64,000 nt of DNA from the NCBI GenBank assembly GCA_965217675.1, contig OZ244559.1, positions 1,986,126-2,050,125 of the forward strand, in the 5' to 3' direction. Both the position numbers and the translations under genes were made by a program. Below the pieces are notes generated by a model. The model made no database searches. It was not told where the DNA came from and was given only the letters and a program-made list of their open reading frames with translations. The DNA comes from Dehalococcoidia bacterium. Lineage in GTDB: Bacteria > Chloroflexota > Dehalococcoidia > Lucifugimonadales > UBA1127. Of this stretch, positions 26,867-34,227 are shown one piece after another (the stretch's first letter is position 1; each line of letters opens with the position of its first letter).

Positions 26867-27076
26867 ATGATGGAAGAGATCATTTTTCAGGTAAGACCGT
26901 CTCCAGAGGGCGGCTACGAGGCTCGTGCCTTGGGCTACAGCATCTTCACAGAGGCCGACGACTGGCAGCAGTTGAAGGAAATGCTGCGGGACGCCGTTCG
27001 GTGCCACTTTGACGAAGGGGAATCCCCCCGGGTAATCCGTATGCACCTGTTGCAGGAAGAAGTCATTCCTGCGTGA
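26867..27076 (+). CDS. hicB: HicB-family antitoxin-like protein (short, DUF1902-like form)
   Basis: MMEEIIFQVRPSPEGGYEARALGYSIFTEADDWQQLKEMLRDAVRCHF shows the HicB N-domain pattern. Its stop overlaps the hicA start (GTGA). Confidence 0.65.
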   Translation: MMEEIIFQVRPSPEGGYEARALGYSIFTEADDWQQLKEMLRDAVRCHFDEGESPRVIRMHLLQEEVIPA

Positions 27077-27324
27077 GACTGCCGCGGGCTGTTTCCGGCG
27101 AAACCCTCGTCACCCTTTTGCGCAGGGCCTACGGGTACACCCTTCTACGGCAGACGGGCAGCCATATGCGGTTGGTCAGCGATCTCATGGGTTACGAGCA
27201 TCACGTCACTGTGCCGAGACATCGCTCCGTAAGGGTCGGCACGTTGGACGACATTCTCAGCGACGTAGCAAGCTACTTGGGAAATGACAAGGACCAGGTA
27301 ATACAAGAACTGTTTTATCGCTAG
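27073..27324 (+). CDS. hicA: HicA-family mRNA interferase toxin
   Basis: SGETLVTLLRRAYGYTLLRQTGSHMRLVS...HHVTVPRHRSVRVGTLDDILSDVA is the YcfA/HicA pattern with the conserved GSH. Confidence 0.75.
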   Translation: MRLPRAVSGETLVTLLRRAYGYTLLRQTGSHMRLVSDLMGYEHHVTVPRHRSVRVGTLDDILSDVASYLGNDKDQVIQELFYR

Positions 27325-27376
27325 AGGCCCTCTTTCGTCCGTTCCTCATCTTCTCTTTCCAACTTCAAAGCGACCG

Positions 27377-28057
27377 TTACTCCCGCGGGCGAGGCTTGAT
27401 GCGCAGGCGGTTGGCAACCTTGTTGTAGGTGGTCACGCCGTGCATGAGGGGCTGTGCCCACCAGGGCGGCGGGTATGGATGCAGCGTCGCCTCCCGGAGG
27501 GCGGCGAGGAAGCCCTGCGGCGTCCCGTCGAACTCCGGCATCTCCGTGTACGTGCACCCCAGCTCCCACGGATGATGGGAGTCGCTGACGGCCGTGACCG
27601 CGAGCCCGTGCTCGGCGGCGGCGGCCCGCACGCGCTCGTCGGCGCCACGGAAGACGTTGCGGGCGTTGAACGCCTCGATGATGTCCGCGTGGGGCAGCAC
27701 CTCGACCATGGCGTCGGCGGAGAGCACGCTGGTGCGCACCGTGTCGTAGGGGTGCGGAATCGAGACAAGACCGCCCTGTGCCTTGATGCGCTCCACTGTC
27801 TCCATCGGCGAGAGGCCTCGCGGCACCTCCTCCGTCAGGAACAGCCCCGTGATCTCGCCGTGGGTTGTCTTGACCTCCGAGGCGACGATGACGGGGAACG
27901 GCGCGATGCGGGCGACGGCCTGCCCGCCCCGAATGGTGTTGTGGTCCGTGACCGCGATGCACCCAATGCCCATGCGCAGGGCCCGCGCGACGAGGGTCTC
28001 CGGCGACGTGGCGCAGTCCCGCGAGTACCAGGTGTGCATGTGGAAATCAGCACGCAT
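27377..28057 (-). CDS. PHP-domain metal-dependent phosphoesterase (TrpH/YciV-like)
   Basis: Contains MRADFHMHTWYSRDC...IAVTDHNTIRGG...SIPHPYD...VSDSHHPWELG, the PHP His/Asp motifs. Confidence 0.8.
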   Translation of the reverse strand: MRADFHMHTWYSRDCATSPETLVARALRMGIGCIAVTDHNTIRGGQAVARIAPFPVIVASEVKTTHGEITGLFLTEEVPRGLSPMETVERIKAQGGLVSIPHPYDTVRTSVLSADAMVEVLPHADIIEAFNARNVFRGADERVRAAAAEHGLAVTAVSDSHHPWELGCTYTEMPEFDGTPQGFLAALREATLHPYPPPWWAQPLMHGVTTYNKVANRLRIKPRPRE

Positions 28058-28106
28058 GGATGTGGTTGCCTTTCGGTCTCAGGCGTCGGGCCGGTACCGT
28101 CCGGGG

Positions 28107-28391
28107 CTACGGCTCGTACTCATCTTCCTCTTCCTGGAGCCCAGGCGCGTCCTGGATGAAGCGCATCTGCTCGCCCAGCGAGGTCTGCAGTCGGGTTATG
28201 CGGAGCTCGGCGGAGCTGAGCAGCTCGTTGCAAACGCGGGCAAGGCGGGCGCCCTCTGCGTAGAGGTTGGTGGCGTCGTCGAGCGTCAGTCCCCCGGCCT
28301 CCAGCGCCTGCACGGTCTGCTCCAGCCGCTGGTAAGCCGCCTCGAACGTCAGCTGCTCCTCGGGCTCACCGCCATTCTTCTTGGACGTCAT
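28107..28391 (-). CDS. xseB: Exodeoxyribonuclease VII small subunit
   Basis: LTFEAAYQRLEQTVQALEAGGLTLDDATNLYAEGARLARVCNELLSSAELRITRLQ is the XseB signature. An RBS (GGGGAAG) lies before ATG 28391. Confidence 0.8.
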   Translation of the reverse strand: MTSKKNGGEPEEQLTFEAAYQRLEQTVQALEAGGLTLDDATNLYAEGARLARVCNELLSSAELRITRLQTSLGEQMRFIQDAPGLQEEEDEYEP

Positions 28392-28501
28392 CTTCCCCGC
28401 TCCCGGCCCTCGCTGATGGACAATCACGCAGCCGACATACAGATACAGAGCAAGTGTAGCACACCAATGCTTGGGGACGGACGGGAAGGAGCCCCGAGAA
28501 G

Positions 28502-28951
28502 CTACTCGAGGCTGAGCAAGTAGGCGACCACGTCCTCGAAGTCGCCGCCGAGGGCGTCCTTGAGGCCGGCTGTCATGAGCGGGGTGTATTCGGGGGTGAT
28601 GAAGGCGGTGGGCTCTTCGATGGACTGGCGGATGTACTCCTCTGCGCTGAGGCTCGTGCGAGTGGCCGCCACGGTGCCGATGTGGCTGAGCTCGGGGCCG
28701 ATAGTACCGGACGTGCCGGCGTCCGCGACCGTGTGGCAGATGCCGCAGGTGGTGATGAACGAGGCGGGGACGCCCTCGGGGGCAGCCGCACCGTGGCCAT
28801 CGCCTTCAGCCGTGATGGGGACTATCTCGCCGAGTGGCTCCAGAGGGGCCACCTGCATGACGACAGTGGGCCCCGGGTTCTGGCAGGCTGCCAGCAATAC
28901 GACCATCCCCGCCACGAGGGCCAAGAGAGTCACGATGGTGCGGGATGCCAT
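28502..28951 (-). CDS. Monohaem c-type cytochrome, lipoprotein-anchored
   Basis: GGAGAG lies 5 nt upstream of ATG 28951. The lipobox is VLLAAC-Q. The haem-binding motif is CGICH, with Met later in the sequence (PLMTAGL). Confidence 0.7.
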   Translation of the reverse strand: MASRTIVTLLALVAGMVVLLAACQNPGPTVVMQVAPLEPLGEIVPITAEGDGHGAAAPEGVPASFITTCGICHTVADAGTSGTIGPELSHIGTVAATRTSLSAEEYIRQSIEEPTAFITPEYTPLMTAGLKDALGGDFEDVVAYLLSLE

Positions 28952-29087
28952 GCCCGCTCTCCAGTCGAAGTGCAGCATTTCAGACATATGTTACGACTTT
29001 CACACACGGGTGTCCAGATAGTGCGGAGGGGAGTTTTCAGAGGAAGGCATGAACCTCGATTTTGCGAATCTGCGTTGCCCGCGCGCA

Positions 29088-30281
29088 CTACCCGTTAGCC
29101 CCGTCACCTTCAACTCGCGCGGGGAAGCCGCCCTGGTGGAGGCGGACGTTGACGGCGTCGCCGGGGGCGACTTGCGCGGCGTCCAGGAGCGTCTCGCCGG
29201 TGTCGCCGCGGCTGACGACGGCGTAACCGCGGCGCAGGACGCCCGAGGGGTCCAACGCGCCGAGCCGCTGGTCCAGCCCCGACACGCGCTGCCGGTGCAG
29301 GGCCAGGCCGTTCTCCAGCCGCATGACGAGCCCCTGCAGCAGGTCGTCCACATGCTGTCGGCGTGAGGCGATGTCCGGAACACGCCGCTCGATGACGGCG
29401 GCACAGTCGCGCACATTCGCGGCGCGCTGGGCAAGCTCCTGCTGTACGCCCAGGTAGAGTGCCTGGCCGTTCTGGTTCACCCGGGCCGCCAGGATGCGGG
29501 AGTCGGGCACGGCGAGCTCGGCTGCCGCCGAGGGCGTCGGCGCGCGCACGTCAGCCACCATGTCCGCGACGGTGGTGTTGGTCTCGTGGCCGACGGCGCT
29601 GATGACCGGCGGGCGGCTGGCGTAGACGGCGCGCGCCACGGTCTCCTCGTTGAAGGGCCACAGGTCCTCCGTGGAGCCGCCGCCACGGGCCAGGATGACC
29701 GCGTCGATTCCCGGCTCGGCGTTGATGACCTCAAAGGCCTCGATGATGGACGGCGCGGCGGTGTCGCCCTGCACAAGGCACGGGGCGAGCACCAGCTCCG
29801 TCAGGGGGTAGCGGCGCTCGACCACCGTCTGGATGTCGTGCCAGACTGCGCCGGTGGGCGACGTGATGACGCCGATGCGCTGCGGGAACTCGGGCAGCGG
29901 GCGCTTGCGGCTCGGCTCGAAGAGGCCCTCGTTCTGGAGCCTGACGATGAGCCGCTCCAACTCCAAGTAGCGCTCACCCATGCCCTCGGGGCGCGCCAGG
30001 TCGACGATGCACTGCAAGTCGCCGCGGACCTCGTAGACGGAGATGCGCCCGTGGGCCGAGACCGCCGCGCCGTTGACGAGGTGCTCGGCGCCGCTGCCGC
30101 TGCGGAACATGACGCAGCGCAGGACGGTGTTGGCCTCCTTGAGGGAGAAGTAGGTGTGGCCGGCGGCCGAGCGAGTGACGTTGGACGCCTCGCCGCTCAC
30201 CCACAGGTCGGCCAGCAAGGCGTCCCGTTCCAGGGATTCCTTGATGTAGCGCGTGACCTGCGAGACGGTGTAGACGGCCAT
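29088..30281 (-). CDS. xseA: Exodeoxyribonuclease VII large subunit
   Basis: The N-terminal OB fold begins MAVYTVSQVTRYIKESLERDALLADLWVSGEASNV...GHTYFSLKE. The catalytic core includes ...IGVITSPTGAVWHDI...ILARGGGSTEDLWPFNEE...ISAVGHETNTTVADMVADVRAPTPSAAAE. Confidence 0.85.
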   Translation of the reverse strand: MAVYTVSQVTRYIKESLERDALLADLWVSGEASNVTRSAAGHTYFSLKEANTVLRCVMFRSGSGAEHLVNGAAVSAHGRISVYEVRGDLQCIVDLARPEGMGERYLELERLIVRLQNEGLFEPSRKRPLPEFPQRIGVITSPTGAVWHDIQTVVERRYPLTELVLAPCLVQGDTAAPSIIEAFEVINAEPGIDAVILARGGGSTEDLWPFNEETVARAVYASRPPVISAVGHETNTTVADMVADVRAPTPSAAAELAVPDSRILAARVNQNGQALYLGVQQELAQRAANVRDCAAVIERRVPDIASRRQHVDDLLQGLVMRLENGLALHRQRVSGLDQRLGALDPSGVLRRGYAVVSRGDTGETLLDAAQVAPGDAVNVRLHQGGFPARVEGDGANG

Positions 30282-30379
30282 GACTCAACCCTCTCGAAAC
30301 TAAAGGGGCGCCGAACTATTCAGCGCCCCTCCGTCATCCTTGTTCCGTGCCCATCGCGAACCCATGCGGGCGCCCGGCG

Positions 30380-30949
30380 CTAGTTCGCCAGCGACAGGTA
30401 CTCGCCCGTGCGGGTGTCGACCTTGACGACCTGCCCGACGGTGACGTGCATCGGCACCTTGACCTGCGCGCCGGTCGCCAGCGTGGCGGGCTTGCGCCCC
30501 GACGACGCCGTGTCGCCCTTGAAGGCAGGCGGGGTGTCGATCACCTCGAGGTCGACCGTGGTCGCGAGCTCGATGCTGACCGGCTCGCCCTTGAAGGCGA
30601 CGATGGTGATGCTCTCGCCCTCCTTCAGGAACTTGGACTGGTCGCCAATCTGGTCTTGCGTAAGGGGGAACTGGTCAAAGGTTTCCGTGTCCATGAAGAT
30701 AAATGACGAACCGTCGTTGTAGAGGTACTGCGCCTCGCTCTCCTCCACCTCGGCGACGGTTAGGCGCTGGCTGCCCGGCAGGTTTCGCTCGAACGTCTTG
30801 CCGGTCCGAAGCTGCCGGACCTTGAGGGTAAGCGTGGGGGCGCGCTGCTGCATGTAGACGTGCTTGAAGTCCACAATCTGGTAGGCGTCGCCGTCCAATT
30901 CAACGTTGAGGCCCCTTCGGATTTCGTTGTAGTTCACCGTGTCCGCCAT
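30380..30949 (-). CDS. efp: Translation elongation factor P
   Basis: AGGAG lies 6 nt upstream of ATG 30949. The protein is 189 aa with the EF-P pattern throughout (...LRTGKTFERNL..., ...FMDTETFDQ..., ...KGDTASSGRKPATLATGAQVKVPMHV...). Confidence 0.9.
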   Translation of the reverse strand: MADTVNYNEIRRGLNVELDGDAYQIVDFKHVYMQQRAPTLTLKVRQLRTGKTFERNLPGSQRLTVAEVEESEAQYLYNDGSSFIFMDTETFDQFPLTQDQIGDQSKFLKEGESITIVAFKGEPVSIELATTVDLEVIDTPPAFKGDTASSGRKPATLATGAQVKVPMHVTVGQVVKVDTRTGEYLSLAN

Positions 30950-31069
30950 AAACTGCTCCTGCTCCCTCGCGCCGCTGCGGGCCTGCGCCATTCCCATAGG
31001 CGCCCGCTTCGGCGCGGCTGCTCCACTCTCTCTGCGCCTCGTCGTTCTCAGGAATGACGAGGCGGGAAA

Positions 31070-32158
31070 TTACGCGTGCTTGGGGTTCTCGTGCTTGTGG
31101 GACGTGGTCAGCGAGCGGACCTTGCCGTTCTCCATGACCACGGTGTCCTCGATCCGAACGCCGCCCCAGCCGGGGATGTAGATGCCCGGCTCGATGGTGA
31201 AGACGGTCCCGTCGACCAGGGGGTCGTCGCAGCGGGGGCTGACCCGCGGGTACTCGTGCACGGCCAGGCCGATGCCGTGGCCGAGGCTGTGGCCGAACCG
31301 CTCGCCGTAGCCCGCCTTGTCGATAATGTCCCGCGCGATGCCGTCAGCCTCGCCCGAGTTCATCGTCGGGTCGACGGTGACCGACGCGGTCATCTGGGCG
31401 TTCAGGACCGTGTCGTACACGATGCGGAACATCTCGTCGGGCTCGCCCAGGCAGATGGTGCGGGTCATGTCGCTGTTGTAGCCCAAGTACCGCGCGCCGA
31501 AGTCCATGACCACCGGCTCGCCCGCGCCGATGCGCCGCTCCGTGGGATGGTGGTGCGGCTTGGCAGCGTTTGGCCCGGACGCGATGATCGTCTCGAAGGC
31601 CACCGCCTCTGCCCCGGCCTCACGCATGGCAAGCTCCAGCCGCCACGCAACCGACTCCTCGGTGTCGCCAATCTCGATGGTCGGCGCAACGACGGCGAAG
31701 GCGTGGTCGGCGATCTCCATCGCCCGCGTGAGCAGCGCCAACTCCTCCGGTTCCTTGATGGCGCGCAGCGGGTCGATGAACTGCGCGGTGGCGACAAGGC
31801 TGATCTCCTTGGCGGCCTCGTCCTCCTTGAGGGCGTTGATGATGGCGGTGTGCAGGGCGACGGTCATGTGCCCGCTCTCGAACCCGACGCGCTTGACGCC
31901 CAACTCCTTGAAGAGCTCCGGCAGCCAGCCCATGCCGCCGCTTATGCGGTCGACGCGAAAGTCGGGCGCCTGCAGGGCGGCCTGTTCCGTGTAGCGGAAG
32001 TCCGTCGCCAGCACGGCGGCGTCACGGCTGATGACGAGGAATCCCGCCGAGCCCGCAAAGCCGGACAGGTATCGCCTGTTCTCAGGAGATGAAACAAAGA
32101 AGGCGTCCAATTCAAGGGCGGGGAACTTCTCCCGCAACCGATCCAGTCGCATTTTCAT
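31070..32158 (-). CDS. pepP: M24-family Xaa-Pro aminopeptidase/dipeptidase
   Basis: A creatinase-like N-domain is followed by the M24 metal ligands (...VVMDFGARYLGYNSDMTRT..., ...GHSLGHGIGLAVHE..., ...FTIEPGIY...VRIEDTV). Confidence 0.85.
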   Translation of the reverse strand: MKMRLDRLREKFPALELDAFFVSSPENRRYLSGFAGSAGFLVISRDAAVLATDFRYTEQAALQAPDFRVDRISGGMGWLPELFKELGVKRVGFESGHMTVALHTAIINALKEDEAAKEISLVATAQFIDPLRAIKEPEELALLTRAMEIADHAFAVVAPTIEIGDTEESVAWRLELAMREAGAEAVAFETIIASGPNAAKPHHHPTERRIGAGEPVVMDFGARYLGYNSDMTRTICLGEPDEMFRIVYDTVLNAQMTASVTVDPTMNSGEADGIARDIIDKAGYGERFGHSLGHGIGLAVHEYPRVSPRCDDPLVDGTVFTIEPGIYIPGWGGVRIEDTVVMENGKVRSLTTSHKHENPKHA

Positions 32159-32607
32159 GCTCCACTCTCCTGTTTAAGAATTTCTACCAGGTAGTCTACC
32201 GCATAGAGGTATCCGCGCCAGCCCAGACCGGCTATCGAGCCCCTGGCGACTTCCGCGGTGACGGAGCGACTGCGCCATCGCTCCCGGGCGTGGATGTTGG
32301 ACAGGTGGACCTCCACGATCGGCAGGCCCGTGTCCACCAGCGCGTCCCGCAGCGACAGCCCGTAGTGGCTCAGCGCCCCGCCGTTGAGGATGATGCCGTC
32401 GGCCTCCGGGGCCTGCGCCTGCAGGAAGTCGATGATGGCGCCCTCGTGGTTGGACTGAAAGCAAACGACCTCAGCCCCCACCTCAGCCCCACGAGCAGTA
32501 GCAGCCGCCTCAATCTCCGCAAGCGTAGTAGTCCCATACAAAGCAGGGTCCCGACGCCCCAGCATATTGATATTCGGCCCGTTAACCAGCAAAATCCGCA
32601 AGTTCAC
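32155..32607 (-). CDS. aroQ: Type II 3-dehydroquinate dehydratase
   Basis: Contains ILLVNGPNINMLGRRDPALYG...FQSNHEGAIIDFL...GIILNGGALSHYS-like...VEVHLSNIHARE. It overlaps pepP by 4 nt. Confidence 0.9.
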   Translation of the reverse strand: MNLRILLVNGPNINMLGRRDPALYGTTTLAEIEAAATARGAEVGAEVVCFQSNHEGAIIDFLQAQAPEADGIILNGGALSHYGLSLRDALVDTGLPIVEVHLSNIHARERWRSRSVTAEVARGSIAGLGWRGYLYAVDYLVEILKQESGA

Positions 32608-32834
32608 TCCTCCGGAGCAACAACCGCCATCGCCCTCAGTCTACCTGAGGGACGCCCAGTCGCCAACCGTGACGCTAGTCCACCTGTGAGCCCACCATCA
32701 CGAGCAACCGCGTGTGCGAAGACGGGAAACCCGTGACGCAGCCCATTTCCAAACTGAATTCCTGTCCTATACGATGGAAACTGCCAATTGATTTACCTAG
32801 CTTTTTCTTCATAGGTCGGCTGCAGGTGGGAAGA

Positions 32835-33905
32835 ATGACCAGTGAATACGAGCCCCTCGATATTCCCGGAGGAATAAAGCCGGAGATCAGGGACCAATCA
32901 AACAATATAGTCAAGGACCTCAAAGGATATGAAGGCCGTTGCCTCTTTGTCATCGACCACCACGGCAAGTTTTGCAACGAACCTGTACGCAACAACTGTC
33001 ACGTAAGTCCAAGGGCGGCCATTCTGGACCATTTGAAGGATCCTGGAACAGGGATGCTTATTGAGTTGGAATGGGGGGTTGGCCAATGGCTTCCATTCCT
33101 CCAAAGAGAAATGGTGCCAGATTCAATTCCACTGCGGCAGGTATCACCCTACGATGCATGTGTAGGATGGTTTGCGTGCAAAAGACACCAGCATGATGAC
33201 GACTTCATTTGCATTGACAAGGCTCAGGCCGATCTCAAGGAACCTAAGATCGGCTTCCTTGCTGCTTATCGTTTGGCGCTATTCCAAGTTGACCAGTACC
33301 GCCTAGGGAAACATTTGCAGAAGCAAAAGGAAGAACGAGAACAGAAGCAGGCAAATCGAGCGGCACGGAGAAGCAATGACCTTTGGAAGGAGTCGAAGCA
33401 GTTAACCAAGAACATAGATGAATGGCTTCAACGTGGGTACTCAGTCGTTACGGAGCTTGGGAAGAATTGGCACGCCCTAAAGACCACTGGGGAATTCAAC
33501 CCCAATCTTGCCAGGGTGGAGACCGTGAGGTTTCGATCGAAGTTGCATCTGGCAGGTTGTGTAAATTATCAAAAAAACATGGGGGTATCTGTTTACCCTA
33601 TTGATGGTGATTTGCACGAAATGGCCTTACTCTCGTGGGCGGGCGGGTCAAGGCAGGCGCAATCCAAAAGCTTGGTGGAAGTTGCGCAAGCCTCGGAAAG
33701 TTCTAGCGATTACGATATAGCTGTGGCACTGGAACTAATAAAGACTCACTGGCTCACTTTGGCTGCATCGCCTGAGTCCTATTATGCATTGAGTGAAGAG
33801 CACCACTCTTCCATTATGGAATCGCTCGCCCTACCCGCAAGATTGATGCAACGGCGGGTACGCGCGTTGCGGCGATCGCCTGGTAGCAAACCTCGATGGG
33901 GGTAG
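32835..33905 (+). CDS. Orphan hypothetical protein (356 aa) in a low-GC islet: N-terminal Cys/His-rich region, central charged coiled-coil-like segment, C-terminal unknown domain
   Basis: It is the only long ORF in a stretch that is visibly more AT-rich than all flanking DNA. ATG 32835 is preceded by GGTGGGAAGA. Cys/His clusters are C36-H42-H43-C47-C55-H56 and ACVGWFACKRHQH. The charged segment is KHLQKQKEEREQKQANRAARRSNDLWKESKQL. No family recognised. Confidence 0.55.
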   Translation: MTSEYEPLDIPGGIKPEIRDQSNNIVKDLKGYEGRCLFVIDHHGKFCNEPVRNNCHVSPRAAILDHLKDPGTGMLIELEWGVGQWLPFLQREMVPDSIPLRQVSPYDACVGWFACKRHQHDDDFICIDKAQADLKEPKIGFLAAYRLALFQVDQYRLGKHLQKQKEEREQKQANRAARRSNDLWKESKQLTKNIDEWLQRGYSVVTELGKNWHALKTTGEFNPNLARVETVRFRSKLHLAGCVNYQKNMGVSVYPIDGDLHEMALLSWAGGSRQAQSKSLVEVAQASESSSDYDIAVALELIKTHWLTLAASPESYYALSEEHHSSIMESLALPARLMQRRVRALRRSPGSKPRWG

Positions 33906-34227
33906 GTAGAGGGTGCCTGCTCTACCGCCCCCCAGCTCCACCCTGACACGCCCCCCTAGCGCGAGCGCCGTCCGCCAAGTTACCCTCTCCCCATGCACCG
34001 CCCCGCTGCCGCCCACCGGCGCACACAGCCAGCCAGTCGGCACAAAGAGAGCAGGAAAATGCCCCGGATGCGGCCCGCAACAGATAGGAAACCCACTCGA
34101 CTTGGACAAGACGAGTCGTATCTGCAGAGGGCAGTTTTGTAGGAGACTCGTCTCCCAGATTTCTGGCAACGACTCGAAACGAATCAAATGAGGCAGGCCC
34201 CAACACCCCTGGCGCCTCGATCCGCCC

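Noticed and set aside
32633-32651. Hairpin ccctcag-tctac-ctgaggg upstream of aroQ, considered as a possible islet boundary or att site.
   Set aside because: No matching repeat is present at the other end of the islet. It is a 7-bp stem without a U-tract, which is insufficient to call either a terminator or an attachment site.
33913-34206. Short ORFs (92-118 aa) on both strands in the GC-rich spacer right of the low-GC islet.
   Set aside because: They have no RBS, are Pro/Arg/Gly-rich and low in complexity, and overlap one another. This is most likely non-coding spacer. The only structure I could see is the 9-bp-stem hairpin at 34109-34153, which lacks a U-tract.
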